DNA from: Raillietiella orientalis
Taxonomy: Eukaryota
Length of the DNA: 64,000 bases
Reading direction: 5' to 3'
NCBI GenBank assembly: GCA_036172245.1
Contig: JAYWIR010000026.1
Coordinates: forward strand, 2,480,001 to 2,544,000
Shown here: positions 24,405 to 36,228 of the stretch, in pieces
Layout: each line of letters begins with the position of its first letter
Position numbering within the stretch: position 1 is the stretch's first letter
Notes under the pieces: generated by a model
Told to the model about the DNA's origin: nothing
Seen by the model: only the letters and a program-made list of their open reading frames with translations
The model's database searches: none
Made by a program: the position numbers and the translations under genes

Positions 24405-27400
24405 ATTTAAGGAGTCGATGCGCGCGCGGCAGACGCTGGGGCAAAAACACCTCAGGGAAGATTCTCTAGAGGTACGCAGGGCTACCAGAATTTTTCAAGT
24501 GGAAGAAAAAAGAAATGGAAGCAAGAAATGTGCTGAGTACATGCACGTTTCTGGGCATCTCCTGTGTCCTTTATGCATCCTCAGCTCACCTCCCGAAGCA
24601 AAGCGAGGAGCCCTCTCCTCATCCTCAGCTATGCCAGAAATTCCTTCCCTCCCTGTTTCTGACAGCGCGAAGGCCTGAGGCGCTGTCGTAGGACGACTGA
24701 AGGTGGCGAAGCTCCAGTGCAGTTTGCTTCTTCCTCCAGCACGAGGGCCTTTCAGTATCTCAGACCGAGATGGTCCCATACCACCAATGACCTCCGAGGG
24801 CGAAGCAGCGTCGGGGTGTCTCCAAGCAACGGTACTCCACTCAGAGGCAAGCTGGGATTGCGTCTGGAGTGGAGGCGCTGACCAGAAGGCAGGGACCGGG
24901 GCTGCTCTCGTTCCCACCGCGGAAGCGCGGCCGCTACATCCCCGTTTCGCGCGAGGGAACGGAGGATGAAACGCAAGGAACGGGGAGGCGGATCCGGCGA
25001 CGCGTTCCCAAGGGGCGCTTCACCGGGGATGCCTGAAAAGCGCCCACAACCATCCCGAGAATCCCGTGGACCACCCGGTTTCTGGCCCGCGAAACGAGAG
25101 CATCCAAGATGCAACAGGACGCGAAGCATCCCAAGAGCAAAGAATGGGCTTCCTCGTTCTCCTGGCTGGCGAAAGGAGGCGTGAGACGATCCCGGGTGTG
25201 CAGTGTGTCACACTCGCGAGGGGGCGTTGTGTTGGTCTTTGTCCGCGCCCGAGGCGACTCTAGAAAATCCCTCTCATCTTCTGCACCTGACGCTGCTCCC
25301 GGGTTCGAGGTCTCGCTGAGCCCGGCTGAGTATCCCTTAGAGGCGGGCAGCGGGGAGGAATGTGTGTGTGTGTGGATGGAGGTGGATGGGGAATGGGAGG
25401 GAATGGGAGGAGAAGGGGCCCGATGGAGCAGCTGCTGCCGCCTAGCGGCAACCAGCGGAGTTGGAGATCCGCTCGGAAGAGTTGCGCACGCGATCGCGAT
25501 CCGTTGCGAGTTAGCGGGCGGGCGATCCTGAGCGATCATGACCCTTCCCTCCTCCCCTCCAGCGACTGGGGTCGCCCGAGGAGTCGGTTCCGCAGCAACC
25601 CGGGAGGGAAGGACTGTCGACACAAGATGCTTGCTGCCGTTCGGGGTCCGGTGAGTCCGCGTGCGTCCCCCGCCTCCCCGGCAAAGTGGTCTCCCGAGCG
25701 ACACATCAAGAAATGTCGAGTGCGCCTCTCGTTCGGAGGGAAGGATGCGCTTCCGGGGACGCCGCAGCCTTGAAGCCACGCCCGGTCTGGTTGACGGGTA
25801 GGGGGAGTGAGGGCGTCGCCAGACCTTGAGAGATCCGCGCGGAAAGGCGCCAGCAACGAAGGCCACGAGAACTCGTGGTCGCCGCCAGAGAGCCCTAGCG
25901 AAGCTTCCCCCGCCCGGACGCCTTCTTCGGCGTTCGGGCGGCATGACCCAAGGTCACCACCACTTACGGCCCGAGACTCCCCCCGCGGGCAACGAGGGTG
26001 CTTCGAGGGAGACGCCGAACGGGGAGAGCTGATGCTGCTGCCGCCAGTGTGCCAGGAAGGTGCACCAAGAAGATACGCCTCACACGGCATGCCGTCGTCG
26101 AGCCAGGGTCGTCTTCCTCTTCTTCCCCTGTCTTTCCTCTCTTCGTTCCGACGCTGCTCGGCAGCCTCAAGGTTTCCGCGAGGAGCGCCAGCGAGAACGG
26201 ACGAACTCGACCTTCAATGCGGGCAGTCCTCGGCACTTCCCCGCAGAGTGGTGCTCCTGCAAAAAGTTCAAGGAGCACCACCCGGTTGCCTAGTCGCCGG
26301 CTGCGACCCATAAATCCTGCCGGCTGTCCTTGTTCTCCTTTTCGCCGGCACCTCCTTCGGCAGGCTGCTCGCGTGGCGCTCTCTGGTGAACTTGGAGGAG
26401 AGACTCCACGCATTCGGGCATCGTAGGATTCAATGCAAATGCGAATGCCCCCGGGGCGAGGCACCCGTCGTCAGCACACAGCATCTTCTCCCGTCGGGCA
26501 CTTCCGGTGCCTCTTTCTGCTTTCATCTTTGTGAACAGTTCCTCATAAATCAGCATCAGCATGTAGTGGTAGTCTCACAGGAGCCACAGCATCAGTCGTC
26601 CGCAAACACGTGTTACCCATGCAGCAGCTACTCATGAAGGAGCAACCACTACAAGCCACACGCGACCTACAGTATTCGTCCCCCGCGACCCATAGTACTG
26701 GCGACACGTGCCACGTAGTATTCGCTACTCGGGAGCCACAGCATCAGTCACGTAGGGTCCATGGTATTAGTTGTTCACGAAGATAAGGAGCCAGTTGCGG
26801 CGTAGGCACAGTGTTCACAAGACGGGGCTGCGGTGTTAGCCGTGTACTGGCGTTATGTGTCGTTTGACTGCACGGTGTGCTGTGCACACCGGATCAAAGA
26901 AGGGGAGCGCAGTTTCTCCTGTCTTCCGGCTGCTGCTGCTGCTTCCCTGTCTGGACGACTTGGCCGCAATCGAGCCGCCATCCGAGCCGGGATCACATGT
27001 CAACGAATCGCGACCGTGCAGAGCCAGAGCCCATCCGAGTTGTCCGCGATGGCGCGTGGCGGTCTGGCAGAGCGTGAGCTCGCTCAGATCCTCCTCCGCC
27101 CGCTGCGTGGACCCTTTCAGGCCAGGTCCGGGGATTCCGGCAAGCTGCGTCCTCTGTTTCTGCGTCTGGGAGGGGACGGGGGATAGGGGGAGGACTCCAC
27201 CTGCCGGACTTCCGTTTTCCGCGGTCCGGAGGCAGAGCTTGCCGCATGCTCTGAGGGATGAAACGCAGTCTGGAACCGCTCGTCTTGGAGAGCGAACGAG
27301 GTAGAAAAGCGAAACGCCACCGCCACTCGGCTCGGCTCTGCTTTACGCCACGGGGCAGTTTCGAGCCGAAGCTGCTGCAGCTGCCATGGGCGACGTGCTC

Positions 27401-27418
27401 CACGATGACTTTCCGCGC

Positions 27419-28078
27419 AAGTCATTGCAACCTGATCCAGCTTATATGTGGTGGTTGATAGAACTCAATTAACCACGCGTGTGGTTCGACCGTGGCACAC
27501 TCGTATCACGCCTCATTTTTTAGATTATTTACACCCAAGGTAGCATCCAAAGCAACTTGATGCAGATTCTAATTTCTCAGCATCCTTTGGGATTGTCAGA
27601 AAGTGACAGCGGCAAGATGAAAAGCATGTAGTTTACTGAAGCACGTGCTTGTCTGCAGCACTTGTCTCGTAAATTGGAAAAAGGGCCTTTCCTTTTAGGA
27701 TCCATCATCTTTAGATGATGCGGCATTTGCTTATCTGGCGCCTTTTCCTAACGCTGAACTCAAAGAATACCCAGGGAAATTCTCCAAACTTGTGATATCA
27801 AGCAGGAGGATCATTGCGGGTGTACTTTCCAGAAACTTCCACCAAGGATACGTTGGCTATCCAACATTCAGAGCTGGGAAGAATTTCCCCATCAGTGGTG
27901 CTGTCGAATATGCTTCACCGTGTCGGCAATCTTGACAACAGCGGCTTATCTTTTCTATACAGGATATTTGAGGGCAAGTGGTAGCGACCAGAAGATAACA
28001 GTGACAGATTCTTTGGCTCGCATTAGTCACAATGAACAGGATCCTATTCATATTCAAATTTACTACCATTCACAGTAA
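27419..28078 (+). pseudogene. Metaxin (MTX1/MTX3-like) pseudogene; weaker N-terminal remnants may extend to about 26940
   Basis: Colinear fragments: KSLQPDPAYMWWLIELN* / VVRPWHTRITPHFLDYLHPR* / M*FTEARACLQHLSRKLEKGPFLLG / PSSLDDAAFAYLAP / VYFPE / EEFPHQW...VSAILTTAAYLFYTG. These match metaxin-1 motifs (EKLxPxxxxxFW, VTRxWY...P, EARxCLxxLSxRLG..FFFG.P.SLDAxVFxYLA, YFP, and the C-terminal TM tail). There are at least 3 in-frame stops and several frameshifts. Confidence 0.8.
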
Positions 28079-30590
28079 GTAATGGCTTGCTATGCAACAG
28101 CTGTATGATCCACGATGTACTTAATCCTAGAAGGGTAACGTGACGATTTTGTGCCCCAATGGTTACATGGTGCCATACAGGAACACCAATGAAAATTATA
28201 AAAACTTAATGATTTTTCATAGGCATTTTATTTTGTTAATGAATTACAATTATCTTAACAAATTATTTTTTATAAGTTATTTGCACCTTCATAACGTGAA
28301 GCCCTTCGATGCTGGGCACATATGACTTGTTGCAACAGGTACACTTTTCCCTTCCTCTCCGGTGAAGGCGGAACAGTGGGGCACACTTCGCAGCGCTTAT
28401 GGACGGTTACAGGTTGTGGAACATCTTGGAACCTCGGATCTTCTTTATTTAGTACGAATAAAATCAGATTTCGCAACGAACGAGACAAATTTTTGCATTG
28501 TGACCGGCGTCCCATACGAGGTGTTGCAAGCTGGTACCTCTCTCCGCTTCCGCCATCTCCATCATCTAAATCCTGGTCTTCATCAGGTGATAACTCCTCC
28601 GAATTAGCTTCTCTCCCCTTTCGTAGCGTCCGCTCCGTTCATTCTTTGCGAAAATTCCATTACGAGGGGCCATGGGGTGCATGTTTTTATGCGTGACGTG
28701 AAAGGTGACGCGGTGTCGTGTACTACACAACCGGGTCATCAAAACGAAACGAAGCCAACCGACCTGCACTGCAATCGCGACTGCAGGCACACGAAAGGCT
28801 TAGTGACAGTTGCCTGGAACGGCGTGCTCGAAACACTGACCATCTGCACATTTTACTCTGTGGTGTCGTATGTGACGCCACGTTACCCTTCTAGGGTCAG
28901 TCCAGTTGTGGAGCAACCAGAACAATGGTACAGATCAGAAAAAATCTTAAAGCAAATAATATATTCAACCTGGAGGGGAAAAAAAAATGCTCCTCCAAAA
29001 GGGGTCGCTGGGGACGGAGGGAGATTTGGCTTCCCCCCTTCCGTAGCAGAACGATTGGTGAAGCTTGGAGACACTCTGCGCTGTGCCCCTTTTCCCCCTC
29101 CTGTTGCGGCAACTCACCGTCTGTCAGGAGCAGCATCCGCTCGGAACGACCGAGCAGCGAATCAGCAAAGACATTGAGCAGATGCTCAATGGAATGGCAC
29201 GCACGCCTTCGACGGGTCGGGAGAAGCGGTCAAACACGAAAGAGAAAGACCGGAAGCGCGCTTCGGGCGCCTCTCGCCGGCGCCCTCGAAGACCCCGCGG
29301 ATTTTCCACTAGCACTTCGATGCTCCCATCTTTCGCGAGCTCCCTGGCCTGCCGACTGCCTGACTGGTGGTCACTCTTCTCGCGTCGTGGGTTGAGGCAG
29401 TCGACGACACCGGCAGCGGGAGGGCCGCCAGTCTCCTCAGACAACGCGCCGACGGATCCCGTCGTCGGACGGAATCCGTGAAGCACGCGGGACGGGCCAG
29501 GAGCCTCCCCTCGGAGGCGCTGGAACGACTCCACCCTTCTGGCCTATATCGAGCGCGATTCAACTCTACGCAGAACCCGCTTTCAAGCGCATGCGCGCCT
29601 CCGCTCTCTGGAAGCACTCGGTTTCTCAGCGGTACGGCTACTTCCGCCTAAAAGCCGCTTCCGGCGCACCTGCCTTGCCCTCGTCCAGAGGCACTCCTCG
29701 GGGCAAGTCGAGGGGTGACGTGAGAATCGAATTCCGGGGAACTGGAGGAACGCAAGGAAGGGCTACCCGGACGTCTCGCGAACCGCGGCGGCACGAGCGG
29801 AAAAGAGGTTGCGGGCGGCGAGTGGCGCGGGCGCCCCGGAGTCGGCCGCGCGGCTTCGCACCGGGGGATCCGTCACTCCCGCACCGCAGCATCCGCAGCA
29901 TGACGCGGACCTCCGGCTCCGTCGAGCTCGCGAAGTGCCTCGACGGACGACCGGCCCTGTGAAAGAATGGGCGAGAGAGGCCTCCACGCAGAAGGGCAGG
30001 GAGGCTCGGGAGAAGCGCGGCCGTCGTCGAAGAGAGGTCGCGCAAACGGAGCTTCGCTGAAGCGCGCGCCAGCAGCGCCGCGGGCTTCCAGCGAAGCCCG
30101 ACGGTAACGGCAGTAGAGGGTAGGAGACGCTCCGCCCGGCGGGGGAGGTGACCCCTTGGTTTTTTCCGTGCCCGGGTCTTCCCGCTCCTGTTGAGTCACG
30201 AAACAATGCGGAATTTCACTCAGCTGTCCGCCTCGCTTGCGATTCGCCTTGGCGGCCGCCCGTCCCTGAAGCTGTTCGCCGTTCCTTCGCTGCAGTTGAC
30301 GTCATTTCTGCAACTCTTCTGCGTGTCTTCACGAAGGAGACGCCAGTGTTTCGAAGAATTCCTCTACCAAGCGAGGAAAGACAAGCAGGAGAAGCATGGA
30401 GAGGAAAGGGGGAGGGGGAGAAGGGGAGGAACAACGACATAGAAACGGTCGGACACGAGCTGCCCTGCTGGCTTCGAACAGTGCAAGACGCTCATCAGAA
30501 ACGCAAAAAAAAAAAATGGTTCCATCACTGCTGTTGGCGCATCCTCTGCTGATGCTGCACCGACACCGTGCGCGTCGCTCTTGGCAATAG

Positions 30591-30680
30591 GAACGATCCA
30601 CCTTTGCACCGAGTGCCAGTACGCGTGAAGACGCCCGACCAGCGTGCTGACCACCCAGCCAGGCATGACCTCCAAAAAGG
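30591..30680 (+). pseudogene. Degenerate C2H2 zinc-finger exon within a larger decayed gene (about 30190-31560)
   Basis: After an AG acceptor the sequence reads TIHLCTECQYA*, then in a shifted frame KTPDQRADHPARH. Together these give a CxxC...HxxxH pattern with a stop and a frameshift. Confidence 0.3.
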
Positions 30681-33600
30681 CAAGGGCAACGAAAACGTCG
30701 CTCCAAACAAACACGGCGGACGGCGACGCTCGAACTCCTACGCGTCTTTTGGGATGTGATTTGGGAAACTTGCGTGTTCATCCTCGTTCCCCCCTCCGCC
30801 CTTCGGTTCCAAGCTTTGGGCATCGGTCGTTGCAGTGCTGGGGGCGCTGAACGACGAGACAAAGAGGATTCTCAAGATGCCCACGAATTCGAGGTGACCC
30901 CTCTGAATCCTGCAGCTCCAAGCGGGGTCTCCAAGTAGCCACCTCTCCTTGGATAATTTCTTCGTCCTCCTGCATCTGGTCCCAATGGGGTGGGGCGGCG
31001 AAAGGAACCCCTTAGGAGGGAGTCCTCAGCTCACCTGGAGAACCCCAAGGTTCCAACACAGCCTCGCTACCTACCTGAGCTCTTCGAGGTGCCCGAGGAA
31101 CTCCGCTGCCGTTGCCTGGTGGCAACGCACCCTGTCCACCCCTCCACGGACGAAGAAAGTGACAGGGACAGCATGGCACAGAAGGCGCGCGTGTGCGTCC
31201 TTGATCCCGCCTACGGTCGACGGGGCCACCAGGGAGCGCCACACCCTAATCAATGCCTTCTTCGTGTCCCCCCCCTCCACCTTCGCCTCTCGACCACGGT
31301 CAGCTTCCGTCGATCCTGCTCTTCGCTAGTATAGGAGTAAACGCTTCAACAGGCTGAACCGTTGCTGCTTTCGTTTGCGGGAGCAACAATCCTCCCTGAA
31401 GCGTCCTCCTGCTGCACCACATCCCCACCATGCCCGGTTATGAGCTCCCTCTGGATCGTCTGTAAGGTACTTGACAATCGTCGGTTCTTGCCTCCAGTGA
31501 ACCGGATGTTCACCTTGCTTAGAAACCGCACTGCCTGTGGTTATGGAGACGAGTGACTTGTAGACTAGCAAGTTTTCTTTCTTTTTTTTGTGATTTGCAG
31601 CGAATCTGCGGAGCGAGGACGTTACACTTGCAGCATCCCGTCCGAATCACGATAAAGTGAAACCTGATTGGCTATTCAGCCTGAGGCTCCAAGAGGCATC
31701 CATACCACCATCCGGTGATCTCCTCTCTCGGTTCTCTCGTTCAAAAAAACAAAAACGAGGAAAGAGGAAAGAAGGAGAGACGGGAGTCGGGAGTTCCACT
31801 CTTCTCTTGCCTCATCTCTGAAGTGTCAGCTTCCCAAGGTTCCTTCCCGGATTTCTTCGAGACTAACCTTCCGATGTGCCGCGGAGCATTCACCGGGGCT
31901 ACAAGGGAGGTTTGCCTGAAAAGCCGCCGAGCAGGGAGGCAGGGGTCCAGAGTTGCCGCCCGGATAAGCCGGGGCGCTTATTTGGTATATAATATATACA
32001 AAGATAAAGATTCCCAATTTTTGTGGTAGGGCCGGTGGTCCAACCACACCCATTTCGAGGAGAACCTGCCGGCTAGCCGGTACGCAGACCGGTGAGGTCC
32101 GTCGCGGCAGCAAAAGGAGGGAGAGAGGGAAGGGGGAACAAAAAGAAACAAAAATAAAAATAAATCAATAAACTTAGGAGGGTGAGGGAAGGGATCACCT
32201 CCTGAGGAAGGGAAGGGGGTGCGCTCATCGGCGTTGGGTTGGTCTGCCCATGATCGCGCGAAGACTTCCCGTGCCTCTTTTCCCACCCCCGGAATGGGCC
32301 CTTCCATCCCTCGTCCCAGGCGCGAGGAGGTGGCGATTGCAAACGGCGCTCCGGGATGTCGGCCGCGCCTCTTCCGCCCCTTTGGCCGCCACCGTGGCTC
32401 GGACGTGGCCGGGCATCGTCAGCGATAATGGGGCGGGAAGGGATCCCGTCCTGCTGGGGGCGGTCCTCCGCATCCTTTCGAGGATACTGCCAGGTTCAAG
32501 CTGCGTACGATCCAGGTGGGGGACCCATCTTGTTGCCATCCTCAGGAAGCGGACGGCAAAGTGGATGTGGCACCCCTGTCGCTCGGTCCTCCTCTGGCAT
32601 CACTCTAGACCGTTACAATCCCGCGTAGGCGGCAGAGGGCTGCTGGCGAGGCTGGGAAGGGCGCTGCCGCGCCTGCTCAATGTGGGACCCGTGCTCGCGC
32701 GCGTTCTCCGACGGAGGGACTAAGAGGGAAATCCGCGGATGCGGAAGCGGCGCGCGAAGGCTCCGCGAGGGCACGGAGACGAAACGCGCGGCGGAAAAGG
32801 AGGAGAAAGGGGAGGGAACCCACGCGGCTGGGGAACGTGCGAGCGCAAGTCCGTGCGGAGGATGGGCGCGGGAGCTTTCCAGGCCCGCGTCGCGCCGCCG
32901 GACTCCGCGCGCGGTGCTGGGCGCGCACGCCGGACACCTGAACACTCCACGGACGGGAAAAGCACGTGAGGAATCCTTGAACGAGGAAGGAACCCGGGCG
33001 AGGTGGAGTGGGCAGATGATACTTCCTCGAATGGGCAAGCATGGAAATAGTGGCTTATTTTTTTTTCTTCTTTGGTTGTTGTGGCTGCCGTCTCTGCCGT
33101 TGCGAGGCAGCGCTGAGACGTTCAAGGATACCTTCGGTCGCTTCAAGCGTGTGTCCGCGTGCGTGTGTGCAGGCACACACGGATGCACGCATCCTGGGAA
33201 GCGGAAAAGACCGACGTGTGTAGGTGGCACTCCTGCCTGCCTCGCTAGTAGCCGTCGTCCGCGTCCATCTGCCGCAGATTCCCATGCAGGGCGAGTGCAG
33301 CTGGAAAAATGGCTGCCGAGGTCGGAAGCGAATTTCCCATTTTCAGAAGCCGAGGGTCAGACGTGGGGGATGGGACTAAACCCGCTCCGGTGTCGCCCAC
33401 ACCCCAAAGGAACACAGACGGGGGAAAGGGGGGGGGGAGGAGAGAGAGAAAGAGATGCATTCTTTCCCAGGCAAGGAAACCGAAGCTTTCGCAGGAGCCC
33501 GCCAGATAGAGCAATCCCGATTCTGCAGCTGCATCTCACGATGGAAGGCTTGGGAGCGCTCCTGTGAACTTTTTTGCTCTTTGCATCCCTCTGCAGAACT

Positions 33601-36228
33601 GGCGCCCCTCGAAAAAGCAGCAGCCGACCCTCCCTCCCGATCCGAGCAGCTTCTCTGAGCTCCTTCCTGAAGTCCCGCCGCTCCCCCGTCGGAGGAACGC
33701 GGAGCTGAAAGGGGTGGCGTGCCTGCGGTGTCCAACACAGGCAACCATCGTCTTCCTGTCCTTCAAGAGAAGCAATCGGCACGCGCGCCCGGATGCGCGC
33801 TTCCTTCGGCAGATACCTGCCAGCCATGCCGCACGTTCCCGGAACGCGGCGGTTCGGTTTAGGGGAAGTGAGAAGAACGGATTTGGGACGCACCTCCTCG
33901 AACGAGGAGCACCCTCCCACTCGCACGCCCACGAGGGCTGCAAGCGCGAGCGCTCAGTCACCCGTGGCAACGCGTCCGCGGGCACGCGTCGCTACAGAGG
34001 CAGCCGTGAATGGACAGAGAAGAGCTCGCCGCCGTCCTCATCGCTCGCTTTTCTTCTCCCTCCCCCCTCCTTTTTTTTTTTTTCTTTCGTTTTCATTTTT
34101 TCTTTTTTTTCCCCCAGCACGGGAGCTCGGGAAATGGTACAACTTTCCCTTGTTGGCGAGAGGCTGCGTGCAGACGGCCGGCCATAGGCTCCGCGGTTTG
34201 ACCTTGGGAGCCGAGAGAGCAGCGCGCCCGGGCCACGTGTTCGGTCCCGCAATGAGCGGACTCGCCGCGCGTTCTTCCGCGTGCTGTTTGCAGAGCGGGG
34301 GCGGGCTTTTCGGGACAGGAGGAAGGAAAAGATCATTCCAAAGCATGGAAACACCTGCCTCCGGCAGTGAGGTGGGCGGACGGGTGGGTGGTGGAGTGGG
34401 AGCGAAGGGCATCCGTCCTCACCGCAGCTGGGGAAACGCGAGAGGCCCGGCTGCCGTTTTCCGTCGACGGGCGCAACGAGCCCGACGCTGGTCTTCTCGA
34501 AGATCGCTCGTGGACCCCAGAGCCTTCCGTTCGACCTACGTTCCCCTCGGGGATAGGTCGCGCGAGGCAGCAGGCAGGTCTGCTGCGGCAGGCGGAACAG
34601 AGGGTTGCAAGGAAACGGCCGGAGAAACGACCCCCTCCCTCGTGCCTCCCGGTCCTGAGCTCGCGGTCTTTCGCTGCATTCCCTTGCTGTTGTTCCGAGA
34701 GAGAGGGCTGGCAAGTGGCCTGGGACAGGCAAGGGAATGGAGGCGTTTCCCTGGAGCTGGCTGAGAGGAACGGACTCCGACATCCTGGATTCATAGGACA
34801 GACCCCATCCCGGGGTGCCCCCTATCCTGAAGAATTACACTGAAGAATTACACGCTCCCTTGCGGGGTTGTCGCAGGGGAGGGGCGTGGAAACAAAACTG
34901 TATTTCGAGCTGGTTTCCATGGAAGCCCCACCGTGGCCTCCTCGTTGCCGACGCGCGAAGTAGACGCCTGGATGCCGGCGTGGAAGTGAGAGCTGCAGAA
35001 GAAGCGCCCTCACTCTCTTCCTCTGCTTCAGGACGCCGCAGGGCGCCAACTCCGCCCGGCTCCGCGCCCCGCCGAACTGCCGACGGGAAGGAGGGCAGTT
35101 GCGAGAGGCATTCCGAACGGCGGGACGGGGAAGACCTCTTTCTCGCCGAGAAAGAGCTATGGCAGCATCCTTTCCGCCGGTTGCGCCCGTGAAGGGGGGA
35201 GAGGGGTCCGGAAAGGGGGATGGAAGGGGTGCTCCGTCCCGGCCGACGGAACTTCGGCGTTCCCTGCGGTGCGCTCCTGTCCCGGGGAGACGGCTGTCGT
35301 TTCCTGCTGGCGATGCTCCTCTCCCTCCGTCGCCTCGGGGATGTGTGCCCGCGCGAGAGGAGGGTTCCGGAGAGGAGGGCGAAGGGAGGACGAAGCCGGG
35401 AACGCGTCGGCGTCGGCTATTTTTGGCGCGGTCCGCCAGTTGTGCAAGCGGACGGAACGCACCGCAGGAGAGGGCGGCCTTGCCTGGACGCGTCTCCGGC
35501 GCGGGTCTTCTCAAGGTGAGCGGCGGCGGCGGTGGCGGCGCTCTACTCGGCATCCGGAAGATGCCGAGCGGGGAGAGCCGCAGGTCGACCGTCCCACCTT
35601 TCGGATCCTCAGGCAGCGGTCGCCGCCAGCAGCAGGTCGGCGATGCCACCCGGATACGCCAGGACGTTTATTTAAACTCTCCTTTAGGTCATTACAAAAA
35701 CGTGGTACAAGGCCCCATTAACAGCAGGTCGGCGAGGAGGCGAAAAAGGGTGGCTTGCCGCGAACGCCCGTCCGTCACCAGCTGGCCGTCGGGCCCCGGG
35801 ACTTGCCGGAGTTCCCTCTCCCGCTAGGATAGATTCTTCATTCCTTCTCCCCTCCCCGTTCCTCAGCCCCTCCTCCTCGGGGGGGAAGGGCGTTCCGATG
35901 CCGAGGAGGGAGGGAAGGAGGAAGGGGAAGGAAAGAAGGACCTTCTCCTTAGGCAGTCTGGGAGCCTTTCGGAAGAAAGGAGAGAAGAAGGGAAGAGACA
36001 GAGGAAATCTCAGAACTGCGAGTGTATTTTCGCGTCCCTACGGACCGACTACCGGGGTCATTCCGACCTCTGGACGCGCGCTGACTCCTGGCCACTCTCT
36101 CCGCTCTTAACGCCATGTCCAGATGCGCCCCCTTCAGGGGGGGGGCGACCGCGGCAGACGAGCAGCTGCTGGAAGAAGGCATCCCCGGAGAAGAACAAGG
36201 CCCTTCGAGGAGGCAGAGGGATGGGTCG

